From Bradymonadia bacterium (GTDB taxonomy: Bacteria; Myxococcota_A; Bradymonadia; UBA7976; UBA1532), in assembly GCA_046290225.1 (NCBI GenBank), contig JBKAGE010000077.1:64001-128000 (forward strand): DNA of 64,000 bases, given 5' to 3'. How positions within the stretch are numbered: position 1 is the stretch's first letter; each line of letters begins with the position of its first letter. Below are positions 1 to 10,900 of this stretch, piece after piece. Both the position numbers and the translations under genes were made by a program. A model generated the notes under the pieces. The model ran no database searches. It saw only the letters and a program-made list of their open reading frames with translations, and was not told the DNA's origin.

Positions 1-2
1 AC

Positions 3-842
3 GAGATCGGCGTGCTGGGGCGCAACTTCAACTTCATGGCCGAGCGCCTGGGGGTGTTGCTCACCGAGACCAAGGAGAAAGCCACCCTCGAGAAAGAGAT
101 GGAGGTCGCCCGTCTGATCCAGGAATCGCTGCTGCCGCCATCGCAGAGCATCGACAAGGGCTGGATCGAGTTCATCGGCTTCTTCAGATCAGCGAGCATC
201 TGCGGCGGAGACTGGTGGTCCTATGCGGATCTCATCGACGATCAGATCATGCTGGTCATCGGCGACGTCACAGGCCACGGGGTGAGCAGCGCCATGATCA
301 CCGCCGCGGCGAAGTCGTGCTGCGACACGCTGCGCCACGTCACCGAAGGCGAGGTCACGAGCACCTTCTTGCTCGAAGAGCTGAACAAGACCATCTACGA
401 GGCGGCGAACCGCAAGTTCGTGATGACCTTCTTCGCGGCGATCATCGACCCCCGCAGCAAGACGATCACGTTCTCGAACGCGGGGCACAACTTCCCCTTG
501 CTGTTCCGGGCAGAAGCCAAGGCCGACGAGCCGTCCATCGTGCCCCTGGTGGTGCGGGGCAACCGCCTCGGCGACGTGATGCAGTCCCACTTTCTCGAGC
601 GCACGGTGTCCTACGCGCCGGGCGACGTGTTGCTGATGTACACCGACGGCATCACCGAAGGGGTGGACGAAGCAGGGGCCGAGTACGGCGAGAAACGCCT
701 GCGGCGCAGTGTGCAGGCCTCTCTGGGCAGCGCCGCGGGCTCGATCATGCAAAAGATCCTCGATGACGCCGAGCGGTTCTTCACCGACTTCACTCAACCT
801 GAGGACGACATCACCCTGGTGGTGGCGCGCCTCAAGCAATGA
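3..842 (+). CDS. HAMP + SpoIIE/PP2C-family Ser/Thr phosphatase (RsbU-like), 5'-truncated by the window edge
   Basis: The frame is open from base 3 (EIGVLGRNFNFM, HAMP helix 2). PP2C motifs present: ARLIQESLLP, GGDWW, IGDVTGHG, NAGH, YTDGITE, EDDITL. Confidence 0.92.
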   Translation, partial: EIGVLGRNFNFMAERLGVLLTETKEKATLEKEMEVARLIQESLLPPSQSIDKGWIEFIGFFRSASICGGDWWSYADLIDDQIMLVIGDVTGHGVSSAMITAAAKSCCDTLRHVTEGEVTSTFLLEELNKTIYEAANRKFVMTFFAAIIDPRSKTITFSNAGHNFPLLFRAEAKADEPSIVPLVVRGNRLGDVMQSHFLERTVSYAPGDVLLMYTDGITEGVDEAGAEYGEKRLRRSVQASLGSAAGSIMQKILDDAERFFTDFTQPEDDITLVVARLKQ

Positions 843-3283
843 GGCACCTCATGCGTCGCACGTGCTTGATGCTCTTCGCGTTGATGGGCGCCGCGGCCAC
901 CAGCACGCCGAGCGCCACCTGGGCCCAGGGGCGCTACGCCCCTCAGGGGGAGGCTCAACGCCATTTTCAGCGAGGAGAGCGCCTGCTCGCGGAGGCCAAC
1001 CAAACCCGGGCGGAGGGTGAGACCAAAGCGTCGAAGGCGGCCTTTACCGAGGCCACAGAGGCCTTTGAGCAGGCCCTCGAGGAAGATCCGAACTATGTGG
1101 CGGTCTACCCCAAGCTCGGCGCGGCGCTGTACAGCCTCGAGCAGTCTGCCGAGGCTGTGTCTTTGCTGCGCAAGGGCAAAGCCAAAGCCCCCGAGAACCT
1201 CGAGATCACGTTCTGGCTGGGCAACCACCTGCTGGCGCTGAAGAAGACGAAAGAGGCGCTGAGTTACCTCGATGTTGTGGCCCGCGCCGACACGCTGCCC
1301 CAAGTGCACCTGGTCCTCGGTGATCACCACTATGGTGCCGGAGATTACGCCACCGCTCAGCAACACCTGGCGCGCTATGTGGCGGAGCAGCCCGACGATC
1401 TCAATGCCCAGGCCAAGCTGGGGAACGCGTGGTTCAAGCTCGGGCAACCCGCCAAAGCTCTGGAAGCCTTCCAGGCAGTCCAGCGGCGCGATCCCGAGAA
1501 CCTGCTGGTGCGCATCAACATCGGCAACGCCCACTACGCCCTGGGCAATTACGCCGAGGCCATTCAAGTGCTCGAGAAGGCCGAGCAGCAGGCCCCCGAC
1601 CGCCCGAGCGTGGTCTTCAACCTCGCCCAGAGCCGCTTCAAGCTCGAGCAACACGCCGAAGCCCTCGCAGGCTATGAGCGCTTCCTGGCCCTCAAACCCC
1701 GCAGCTTCAATGGTCACTACTTCAAGGGGAGTGCCCTCTACGCCCTGGGGCGTAACGACGAGGCCCTCCGCGCCCTTGAGCGCTCGGCGAGCATCAAGGC
1801 CGACGTGGTGCACCCCTGGTACAAAGCCGGGCTGATTCACCTGCAGTCGAACCGGACAGCAGCGGCCCGCGACGCCCTGAAGAAAGCTCAGGCCCTCGCC
1901 CCTGACGATCCCTGGGTCCTCTCAGCGCTGGCGACGGTGGCCCGACGGGAAGGCAAAGCCGATCAAGCGATCACGCTGCTCCAGCGCGCAGTCCAGCTGA
2001 AACCCGGCTCCGGGCGACTGCACGGCAAGCTCGGTCAAACGCTGGCCTGGGCCGGGCGGCTCGACGACGCCCTCGCCGAGACCGAGAGATCGCTCGAGCT
2101 CGCCCCACAAGACGCATGGGTGAAGCAGGCTGCAGCGCAGGTGCTCTCCGCCCACAGCCAGCAGCGCGCTCGACAGGGGGATCAAGATCAGGCCCGACGC
2201 CTCGTCGATCGAGCGCTGTTGCTTCGGCCTGATGATCAGGCGCTGCAGATCAACGCAGCCCTGTTGATGATCGACGCCGGCCAGAGCGCAGAAGCGCAAC
2301 AACGGCTCACCGCCCTCGTCTCCGCCCTGCCCGAGACCAGCCCGCTCACAGCCAACGCCCTGTATGCTCTAGGGCTCGCCCTGATGGCTCGAGGTCAACA
2401 CGACGCCGCAACGCAACCGCTGATGCGCGCCGCAGCCATGCGCCCCGAGGCGCACTTTGCCGGCGCCACGACTGGGGCCCTCGTCGCCGCAGGGCGGGCC
2501 GAAGAGGCCATGACGATCGCCACCGAGGCCCTTCAACGCTGGCCAGAAGACCCAACCCTTCAGAAAAACTACGCCCTCGCCAGCCTCGCCCGCGCCTGGA
2601 GCGCCCTGAGCCGGGGCAACGTGCGACGCAGTGATGTGACTCGGGCCCTCACGGTGAGAGACACCCCAGCCTTGCAGCGGCGTGCTCGCTATGTGGCGCT
2701 GATTCAAGCCCTTCGGCGCGCCGACACGCCTCGAGCCAGGGTGCACCTCGCCGCTCTGGAAGCGGGCTCGACGAAGGGGTTGCTCTCCAAGAAGGCCCCC
2801 GCAGATCACTTGAAGCACCTCTCGGCCATCGCCGAGGCCCTGCAAGGACGCTGGGCCCAGGTGTACGGCGCCCTCAAGGGCACCCGTGCCGGCCGTGGGG
2901 CAGGTGCCCCACTGCTGCGTCATGCCGCCCTCCAGCTGGCCACTGCTGCGTGGAACAAAGGCGACATCAAGGGCGCCATACGCTGGCTCGGTACAGCCCA
3001 GAAGCTCAAGAAATCATCTGCGAGCGCCACCCGCGTCAAACACAACCAGGCGGTGCTGCAGATCGCACAGGGTCAGGGCAAGCGCGCCGAAAAGACTCTC
3101 CGCGCGCTGATGAGCCAGATCCCCGAAGCCCAGTACAACCTCGCCCTGGCCCTCGACGCCCAGGGGCGTCAGCGGGAGGCGACGGCGCTCTACGAAACCT
3201 ATGGCCAGGGCAACGGCCCCAAAGCCAATCAGGCCCGACGCCTCGCCGAGATACGTCGCCGCATCTTCGGGGAGGCACGATGA
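839..3283 (+). CDS. Secreted tetratricopeptide-repeat protein (814 aa)
   Basis: Sec signal peptide ending ATWA, then many TPR-like helical repeats (e.g. NIGNAHYALGNYAEAIQVLEKA). ATGA overlaps at both ends. Confidence 0.88.
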   Translation: MRHLMRRTCLMLFALMGAAATSTPSATWAQGRYAPQGEAQRHFQRGERLLAEANQTRAEGETKASKAAFTEATEAFEQALEEDPNYVAVYPKLGAALYSLEQSAEAVSLLRKGKAKAPENLEITFWLGNHLLALKKTKEALSYLDVVARADTLPQVHLVLGDHHYGAGDYATAQQHLARYVAEQPDDLNAQAKLGNAWFKLGQPAKALEAFQAVQRRDPENLLVRINIGNAHYALGNYAEAIQVLEKAEQQAPDRPSVVFNLAQSRFKLEQHAEALAGYERFLALKPRSFNGHYFKGSALYALGRNDEALRALERSASIKADVVHPWYKAGLIHLQSNRTAAARDALKKAQALAPDDPWVLSALATVARREGKADQAITLLQRAVQLKPGSGRLHGKLGQTLAWAGRLDDALAETERSLELAPQDAWVKQAAAQVLSAHSQQRARQGDQDQARRLVDRALLLRPDDQALQINAALLMIDAGQSAEAQQRLTALVSALPETSPLTANALYALGLALMARGQHDAATQPLMRAAAMRPEAHFAGATTGALVAAGRAEEAMTIATEALQRWPEDPTLQKNYALASLARAWSALSRGNVRRSDVTRALTVRDTPALQRRARYVALIQALRRADTPRARVHLAALEAGSTKGLLSKKAPADHLKHLSAIAEALQGRWAQVYGALKGTRAGRGAGAPLLRHAALQLATAAWNKGDIKGAIRWLGTAQKLKKSSASATRVKHNQAVLQIAQGQGKRAEKTLRALMSQIPEAQYNLALALDAQGRQREATALYETYGQGNGPKANQARRLAEIRRRIFGEAR

Positions 3284-4230
3284 AGTCACTCACTCTGATC
3301 ATCTGTGCTGTCTGCCTTGCCCTCGGCAGCGCGCTGCCCACCCCCACCTTCGCCCAGAGCCCCGACACGTCGCTGGTCCTTGGGGTGTATGCCCCTCGGC
3401 TGCGCTTCGCCAACTCCCTGGCTCGGAGCAACTTCGCCAACCAGGTGGCTCAGGGCCTCAGCACCCGCCTGGGGCGGCCGGTGAAAGGGCGCGGCTTCGC
3501 CCGGAAGAGCGAGTTCGTACAGCAGGTAAAGAGCGGCGCAGTGCAGATCGCTGTCGTCGGCGCCCAGACCCATGTCGAGCACCCCCAATGGGCCCCCATC
3601 GCTCAGGGCACCCGCAAGGGCAAACCCGCAGCGCCCATGGTGCTGTTGAGCGCCAGGGGAGGCTCTGGTGTGGCCGCCCTCTCGGGGGGCCCACTCGCCG
3701 AGATCGCCGTCGGTCGTAAGGACGCGTGGTTCCGCACCCAGTTCCTGCTTCAGGGCCTCGTACCTTCGAGCCACTTCGGCAAGGGCCGGGTGGCCCGAGA
3801 TGCCCAGGGTGCCCTGAGCCTCGTCAAACTGGGTAAGGCTCAAGGCGCCTTCGTCTATCAACACGACGCCCAGGGCGGCTCGATCGCCCTCACCACCCGG
3901 CCAGTGATGTACCCCGTGCTCGTCATCACCGGTGAGGTTGATGACGCCCTCCGCGGCGAGCTGAAGCAGGCCGCGCGGAGCATCACGCTTGGAAGCGAAG
4001 GGCCGCTCAGCGCCTTCGCCACTTACAACGCCGGACTCTTCGCCGCGCTGAAGCTCGCTCTCAACGGCAGCCTCGACCGCAGCCAGAAGCTCGAGCCTCT
4101 GTGGCTCGCCCCAGGGGATCCACCCTCGCAGATCCCAGCCTGGCCCGGCGCGCTGGGCGATCTGCCCGCCAAGACCCCAGCCCCTGCGGCGGGCTTCGCC
4201 ACGCCCACCCCACCGCCCGAGCTGTTCTGA
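3280..4230 (+). CDS. PhnD/SsuA-like periplasmic substrate-binding-fold protein
   Basis: ATG 3280 follows GGAGG and overlaps the TPR stop. Signal peptide MKSLTLIICAVCLALGSALPTPTFA; motifs VKSGAVQIAVV and ALSLVKLGKAQGA; Pro-rich tail. Confidence 0.6.
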   Translation: MKSLTLIICAVCLALGSALPTPTFAQSPDTSLVLGVYAPRLRFANSLARSNFANQVAQGLSTRLGRPVKGRGFARKSEFVQQVKSGAVQIAVVGAQTHVEHPQWAPIAQGTRKGKPAAPMVLLSARGGSGVAALSGGPLAEIAVGRKDAWFRTQFLLQGLVPSSHFGKGRVARDAQGALSLVKLGKAQGAFVYQHDAQGGSIALTTRPVMYPVLVITGEVDDALRGELKQAARSITLGSEGPLSAFATYNAGLFAALKLALNGSLDRSQKLEPLWLAPGDPPSQIPAWPGALGDLPAKTPAPAAGFATPTPPPELF

Positions 4231-4233
4231 GCC

Positions 4234-5178
4234 ATGTCGCAGCGGATTCTGCTCTTTGGTGATCCTGCCACCCTGCGCCCGGTCCACCGCGCCGCGGCCT
4301 GTACGGGTGCCACGCTTCTGCACGAGACCGACGCCAGCCGGCTGGTCCCTCAGAGCGCGGCGTTTCAGCCTCAAGTGGCCTGTGTCGAGCTCGACGCTGC
4401 AGGCGCCATCGCCCCGCAGTTGCTGCGTCAGGTGCACCAGGTCTGCCCGGATGCGGCGCTGATCGTGCTGAGCCAGACCACCACACCCAAGGCGCTCGAG
4501 GCGCTCTTCGACGAGCCCTGGCTCACCCACTTGATGGCCCTCGATTCTCCCTGGCTCGTCCCTGACTTCACCGCCACGCTGGCCAAGCTACAAGGTGCAG
4601 ACCTCTTCGGCCTCGATCGCTACCTGCCCTGGGGTACGCGGCTACACAGCCACCGCATCGGCGGCTCCGCAGACAAAGGCATTGTCTTCGACGGCATTGA
4701 GTCACTCATGGCGAGCATGGGCATCGAGGGCCGCGTGGTGCATCACCTGCACGCCATCGCCGACGAGCTGCTCATGAATGCCATCTACGACGCCCCCATA
4801 GACGCCACTGGCCAACCTCGATACACCGATCGAGCCCGAGGTGAGGTGGTTACCCTCGAAGCCCACGAGCGGCCCACGGTGAGGTTTGGCTGCGATGGTC
4901 GCCGATTCGGCATCAGCGTCACAGATCCGTTCGGTGGGCTCGATCCCGCGGTGCTGCGGCGATACATCGGCAAGGGTTTGCGCAAGGCCGCAGACCAGAT
5001 CGACACCAAGCCCGGAGGTGCGGGCCTCGGGCTCTACGTGCTGTTCTCTTCACTGCACACGCTGTGTCTGAATCTGGTGCCAGGACGATGCACCGAGGTG
5101 GTGGGGCTGATCGATGTGCAGGGGCGCTTCAGGCACATCGCTGGAGGATCGCGGGGGCTGAGCATCTTCGTGGGCTGA
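4234..5178 (+). CDS. Degenerate receiver-like domain + HATPase (RsbW/anti-sigma kinase-like) domain
   Basis: N-box-like ADELLMNAIYDA, G1-like VTDPFG and G2-like GGAGLGLY. The N-terminus resembles a receiver fold without a clear phospho-Asp. Confidence 0.65.
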   Translation: MSQRILLFGDPATLRPVHRAAACTGATLLHETDASRLVPQSAAFQPQVACVELDAAGAIAPQLLRQVHQVCPDAALIVLSQTTTPKALEALFDEPWLTHLMALDSPWLVPDFTATLAKLQGADLFGLDRYLPWGTRLHSHRIGGSADKGIVFDGIESLMASMGIEGRVVHHLHAIADELLMNAIYDAPIDATGQPRYTDRARGEVVTLEAHERPTVRFGCDGRRFGISVTDPFGGLDPAVLRRYIGKGLRKAADQIDTKPGGAGLGLYVLFSSLHTLCLNLVPGRCTEVVGLIDVQGRFRHIAGGSRGLSIFVG

Positions 5179-5188
5179 GGCCAGAGTT

Positions 5189-5210
5189 TGAGCGGACGGC
5201 CGCCCGCTCA
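5189..5210. terminator. Short GC hairpin between convergent genes
   Basis: TGAGCGG...CCGCTCA stem between the stops at 5178 (+) and 5215 (-); weak U-tract. Confidence 0.35.
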
Positions 5211-5214
5211 CATC

Positions 5215-6564
5215 TCAGCGAGGGTCAGCCATCCGACCCATGAAGATCACCGCACCGGTCACATCATCCATGATGAAGAACAAGAAGGGGCGGTCCAGGC
5301 GCATGGGGGTGAAGACCGGCGCGCTGGTCTCGCCCACCACCACAGCGGTGGCCGCAGCAGCCTCGGTGCCTTCTTCGTCGATGCCCACGAAGGCCTTGTG
5401 CAACACATCGGTGATGGCCAGACCGCCGTCGCCGTCCATCCCCGAGAAGTCGGCCCCGCTGCTGAACGCGATCTCCATGCCCATGGCCTTGAGCACCTTG
5501 GTCAGGGGCAGATCGGTCTCGAAGGTGAACTTGGGCACGAACAGGTCGAGGCTGTTGTACTGCAAATCTCCCACGATGCTGGCGAGGCGCTCCGCAGTCA
5601 GGTTGTCCTCGAAGTCGTCGAGCAAGCCTGCGGCGGGGGCCACGAGCAGCATCGACATCTCTTCACCGAAGTAGGGCAGCCGCACGGCGTCGTACTCGCG
5701 GGTGGTGGTGGACATGAAGCCCTGAGAGGCGTTCATCGTGGGCACCTTCACCACCTCTTCGGTGTCGAGGGTGAAGTCTGCGTCCTGGGTCGCGCCCTCG
5801 GTGAACGGCGTGGACCAGCTCGCCTTGAAGTAGATGGCGTTGGTGAGCACGAGGCGGGTGCTCGGGGTGATGCTGCCCGTGGGGAGCAGATCTTTAATGC
5901 GCTCTTCGGTCTGGTCTTCGACCCAGCCGTTGATCTCTTCGCGGCAGGCCTCGGGATCGGCCTTGAAGTCCATGAGCTGCAGACCTGCGCCGTAGTTCAC
6001 CGCCAGGGTGTCGAGGAAGGCGTCGAGGAACCCAAAGCCCGCCTGGCCCCACAGTCGGTTGACGATGTTGAGCCGGAACGCCTCGCCCTGAGGGCAATCG
6101 GGGCCATCGCACAGCGGTACGTCGCCACGGCTGCTCAGCTCGAGATCGAGCAGGTTGGCGGCGGGGTGCAGTCGATCCTGGTCGAGGTCGAAGTGCAGGG
6201 TGTTCGCCATGTCGGCCTCGGTCTGGTTCCGAGCGCCGGCCCAGGTCATGCCCAGGGCCTGATGAATGCTCAAGGGGCTGAAGAACAGGTTGTCGTGCTC
6301 ACCCCGCACCTGATGGAACAAGTCGATGGCGAAGGCGTTCTGGCCCTTGACCAGAGTCTCGAGATCACCGTCGACCACCTCGGGGTTCTGCTCTCGCTCG
6401 AGGCTCGAAGCCACAAAGCCGGACTGGCCATTGGGATTGGGCTCGGGCTGAGGCTCGTTGTTGGTCGTCGTACTGGTCTCTTCACCGCAACCGGCAAGAC
6501 CGGCGGCGAGGGTGGCGACGAGCAGACCAGGGCGAACAAAACGGCTGAAGGTGCGAGCGTACAT
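5215..6564 (-). CDS. Serpin family lipoprotein (449 aa)
   Basis: Lipobox LAGC; serpin motifs NLFFSPLSI, LVLTNAIYFKASW, hinge DEEGTEAAAATA and DRPFLF. Start set at MYARTF. Confidence 0.95.
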   Translation of the reverse strand: MYARTFSRFVRPGLLVATLAAGLAGCGEETSTTTNNEPQPEPNPNGQSGFVASSLEREQNPEVVDGDLETLVKGQNAFAIDLFHQVRGEHDNLFFSPLSIHQALGMTWAGARNQTEADMANTLHFDLDQDRLHPAANLLDLELSSRGDVPLCDGPDCPQGEAFRLNIVNRLWGQAGFGFLDAFLDTLAVNYGAGLQLMDFKADPEACREEINGWVEDQTEERIKDLLPTGSITPSTRLVLTNAIYFKASWSTPFTEGATQDADFTLDTEEVVKVPTMNASQGFMSTTTREYDAVRLPYFGEEMSMLLVAPAAGLLDDFEDNLTAERLASIVGDLQYNSLDLFVPKFTFETDLPLTKVLKAMGMEIAFSSGADFSGMDGDGGLAITDVLHKAFVGIDEEGTEAAAATAVVVGETSAPVFTPMRLDRPFLFFIMDDVTGAVIFMGRMADPR

Positions 6565-6613
6565 ATGCAAAATCTCTCCGGATTCGGGGGAATGTGAGGT
6601 CGCGGAGGGGGTT

Positions 6614-6629
6614 AGCATTTGCCGTGCCA
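6614..6629 (-). promoter_or_regulatory. Sigma-54 -24/-12 promoter for the serpin gene
   Basis: Minus strand reads TGGCACGGCAAATGCT (GG-N10-GC), about 50 nt upstream of the serpin ATG. Confidence 0.7.
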
Positions 6630-6743
6630 AACCAGAGAGAGGGCCAAAACCCCTTAACGGCGTGGGCATGTGACTTTCGAGCCACGAAGATCTGTGAGGG
6701 GCAGGGTGAAAATCTGAATGTCTGTCGTTGAAGAGCGCGATGA

Positions 6744-6936
6744 GGGCTGTGACGGAAGGCTGTGGCTGGACCCTGGTAGGCAGTCGTCGCTGCGCTCCGC
6801 CTGCGTCAGCAGGTGCCTGCACGTGTACGCGCCAGACGAGGTTGCCCGAAGGGCGACCGAAGGCCCGGTGCCTACGCAGGCGGAGCGCAGCGACGACTGC
6901 CTACCAGGGTCCAGCCACAGCCTTCCGTCACAGCCC
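6744..6936. repeat. Long palindromic element: perfect 63-bp inverted repeats around a 67-nt spacer (REPIN/MITE-like)
   Basis: 6744-6806 is the exact reverse complement of 6874-6936. Related to the arms at 43005-43859. Confidence 0.9.
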
Positions 6937-7096
6937 AGTTCAAGCTCAGCACAAAGGGTCCGTAACACTACGGGCCAATTCGATCTGAACAACCAGCGAG
7001 GACCGGGGGTCTCCTCCCACGAACCGACAGCGCACCTTGCACAGCACGACTGCTCAGGGGCGGTGTCCAGAGATTACACAGATAAGAGAGGTTCCC

Positions 7097-7813
7097 ATGA
7101 TCAAGCAGCTCAGCATCCTCGCCGCCCTCATCATCGCCCCTCAGATCGCCAGCGCCGCGCCGCCTGCAGCCGTCTTCGAAGCGCCCGATCTCAGACCCAG
7201 AGCCGCCAGACAGATAGAAGATCCCATCATCGTGGATCGCCAGGATCTGCGACGAGACATCCGAGGCATGATCCGGGAGATTCACGAGATGCAGGCCATC
7301 GTCGATCAGCTCCCCAGAGGTATGGGCTTGAGGCCCACCCGGAGGGCCCTCAAGCGACAGATCTCCCAAATGGAGGCTCGTCTCGCCGAGGCCCGGGCCG
7401 ATCTGCAACAGGCGCCTTCGCTCACCCAGGTCCGTCAGTATGGGCGACGACACCAGCCAGCGCCGGTGTACCGGCCCGTGAGCCAGGACACCATGCAGCA
7501 TCTCGTTCAGCGGCTGCGAGACGAGCCCTTCCGCTCGGACCAGATGCGGATCATCCGACGTGCAGCGAACCGACATCACTTCACCGCTCGCCAGGCCGTA
7601 CGCCTCGCGAAGCAGTTGTCCTTCAGTGGTGATCGAGTCGACGCCCTTGCAGTGCTGTACCCCAGCATCGTCGATCCGCAGAACGATCATGTGCTCTACG
7701 CCGCCCTCGACTTCCATCGAGACCGTAAAGCCCTCGATCGCAAGCTGACTCAGGCTGGCTATGCCCTCGACGCCCCCCGACATCGCGGACGCCATCGCGC
7801 TCAGCGTGGCTGA
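7097..7813 (+). CDS. Secreted protein with a C-terminal DUF4476-like domain
   Basis: Signal peptide MIKQLSILAALIIAPQIASA, a coiled-coil middle, and a C-terminal F.SD...FTARQ...FSGDRVDALAVLYPSIVDPQN pattern. Confidence 0.7.
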   Translation: MIKQLSILAALIIAPQIASAAPPAAVFEAPDLRPRAARQIEDPIIVDRQDLRRDIRGMIREIHEMQAIVDQLPRGMGLRPTRRALKRQISQMEARLAEARADLQQAPSLTQVRQYGRRHQPAPVYRPVSQDTMQHLVQRLRDEPFRSDQMRIIRRAANRHHFTARQAVRLAKQLSFSGDRVDALAVLYPSIVDPQNDHVLYAALDFHRDRKALDRKLTQAGYALDAPRHRGRHRAQRG

Positions 7814-7966
7814 CCCCCCCCTATACAACCCCCCACCTTGGGCTACAGCTTCTACATCCCCCTACTTTGCCGTTGAAGAATATGTAGGTGAGACCCATAC
7901 TTGAGGCCTGTCTCAACCCACCGGCCGCCTGTTTTCGTGCCTTGAAGTCTGTTCTTGAGCACATGA

Positions 7967-10900
7967 ATGGCGGTCAACACAGCAGGCCGTCACATGATCA
8001 ACCATCATGCTCTCCTCAGGGGGTTCCTCGCCCTGGCGGTGCCCACTGCGTTGTTCGCAGTGAGTCATCAAACCGCTGAAGCCAGCATTGGTCTCAACAG
8101 CTGCGCCGTCGACATCGACGGCCAGGTGAAGTGCTGGGGATTCAACAACCAGGGCCAGCTCGGCTACGGCGACACCGTCCAGCGCGGCGATCAGGCCTTC
8201 GAGATGGGCGACGATCTACCTCCTGTAGATCTCGGACCCTTCGGCTTCGCCCAGCAGGTGGCTTCGGGGTTCAGCCACGCCTGTGTGCTGCTCGAATCCA
8301 ACGAGGTGAAGTGCTGGGGGTTCAACAACCAGGGCCAGCTCGGCATCGGCAATACAGTCAACCAGGGTGACGGCCCCAACGAGATGGGCAACAACCTGCA
8401 AGCGGTGGATCTGGGGACCGACGCGCTGGTCGTTCAGCTCAGCGCAGCGAACCACCACACCTGCGCCCTCTTCGACGACGGCTTCGTCAAATGCTGGGGC
8501 AGCAACACCCACGGCCGGCTCGGTGTAGGGGACACCAACCGCCGCGGTGACGGCCCCGACGAGATGGGCTTCGATCTGCCCTATGTCGATTTGGGCTTCT
8601 TCGACTTCGCCACGCAGATCGCCACCGGCGAAGGCCACAACTGTGCCCTCTTCGAAGATGGCCGGGTGAAGTGCTGGGGACTCAATCACCTCGGCCAGCT
8701 CGGCTATGGCGACACGGAGTGGCGCGGTGACGACGAGAACGACAACGAGATGGGCGACGATCTGCCCTATGTCGACCTCGGCACCGGCCGCACCGCCACC
8801 CAGGTGGGCACCAACAGCTACTCGAGCTGTGCGCTGCTCGACAACGGTCAGGTCAAGTGCTGGGGGGCCAACTTCGCCGGCCAGCTCGGCCTCGGCGACA
8901 CCAACAACCGCGGTGACGGCCCCGGTGAGATGGGCGACGCCCTACCTGCTGTCGATCTCGGCCCCGGCCGCACAGCCCTGCAGATCGCCATGGGCTACAA
9001 CCACAGCTGCGCCATCCTCGACGACCACACGGTGAAGTGCTGGGGCGAAAACGGCGACGGTCAGCTCGGCCTCGGCGACACCAACGACCGCGGCGATGGT
9101 GCAGGTGAGATGGGGGCCAGCCTGCCCGCCGTCGATCTCGGCTTCACCGCGCAGATCGCGCTGATCAACGCCGGCTCGGGTCACACCTGCGCCCTCTTCG
9201 TCGACGAGACCATCAAATGCTGGGGCAAGAACCTCCAGGGTCAGCTCGGCTATGGCAACAACGGCAACATCGGCGACGCGCCGGGCGAGATGGGCGACGA
9301 TCTCGACATCGTCGACCTCGGCTTCTTCTTCCCCATGGGCCTCTGGGATCCGATCGGGCCCGTCGGTGGTGGTGGCGGTGGGAACCCCGACACGGACGGC
9401 GACACCGTGCCTGATGCCCAGGACAACTGCCCCGACATCTTCAACATCCTGCAGATCGACGGTGACAACGACGGCATCGGCGACGACTGCGACATCTGCC
9501 CGGAGCACGCCGACAACGATCCGGACGGCGACGGTGTATGTGCCCCGGTCGAGCCTGTAGGCGCAGGACAGAGCCATTGCGCCATCGGCGCCAACGGTGA
9601 GGTGAAGTGCTGGGGCTTCAACGCCTTCGGTCAGCTCGGCCAGGGCGACACCACCGATCGCGGTGATGACCCCAATGAGCTCTCGGCCATGCCTGCGGTG
9701 GGCCTCGGCAACGGCCGCTCAGGAGCCCAGGTAGTCACCGGCTCTGCCCACGCCTGTGTGCTCATGGACAACGGCCAGGTGAAGTGCTGGGGCCACAACG
9801 CCCTCGGCCAGCTCGGCCTCGGCGACACCGAGAACCGCGGCGACGCCGCCGGCGAGATGGGTGACGCCCTGGCAAGTGTCGATCTCGGCACCGGCCGTTT
9901 CGCTCAGCAGGTCGTCTCTGGTGCCAGCCACGTGTGTGCGCTGCTCGACGATGGCGGTATCAAGTGCTGGGGCGGCAATGAGTTTGGCCAGCTCGGCCAC
10001 GGCGACACCGAGAACTGCGGTGACGACCCCAACGAGATGGGCGACAACCTCATCTACACCGATCTCGGCGCTGATCTCACGGCGGTGCAGCTGACCGCGG
10101 GCGCCAACCACACCTGCGCAATTTTGAACGACGGCTCGGTGAAGTGCTGGGGCTTCAATACCTACGGCAACCTCGGCTACGGCTTCACTGATCACTGCGG
10201 TGACAACCCCAACGAGATGGGCGACAACCTGCCCTTCACGGTGTTGGGCACCGACCGCACCGCTGGCCAGATCACCGCCGGCAACGATCACACCTGCGCG
10301 GTGCTCGACAATGGCGGGGTGAAGTGCTGGGGCTTCAACACCTACGGCAACCTCGGCTACGGCTTCACCGATCACTGCGGTGACGATCCCAACGAGATGG
10401 GTGACGCCCTGCCCTACACCAACCTCGGCACCAACCGCCTCGCGGACATGGTGGCCGCTGGTGGTCATCACACCTGCGCCTGGCTCGACGACGACAGCCT
10501 CAAGTGTTGGGGCCTCAACCACCTCGGTCAGCTCGGCTACGGCGACATCAACAGCCGCGGGGACGAAGCCAACGAGATGGGCGACAACCTGCCCGCAGTG
10601 AGCCTCGGTGGCCTGCTCCGCAGCAGCGTCGCTGGCGGCGGCGGTGGCCTGAGCGGTCCTGGCGGTGGCGGCATCGGTGGTGGCATCGAGGGCGGTGGCC
10701 CCGGGCTCCGCGTCGGCGGCGGCATCAGCTTCGGTGGCGTGAGTGGTGGCGGCTTCGGTGGCGGCTTCAGTGATGCCATCGGTGGTGTGCGCGTCGGCGT
10801 GCGCGGCGTCGGCGGCAGCATCAGCTTGAGCTCGGGCGCCACGATGGTGTTGCTCGACGACGGCGGCATCAAATGCTTCGGCGACAACGAGTATGGCCAG

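Noticed and set aside
6744..6936. Possible CRISPR array or tRNA in the palindromic intergenic elements
   Set aside because: The repeats are inverted pairs, not direct repeats with unique spacers. No cas genes and no cloverleaf were seen.
8180..9100. RGD motifs as integrin-binding sites
   Set aside because: RGD is part of the RCC1 repeat loop consensus here and is freely substituted (QGD, LGD, CGD).
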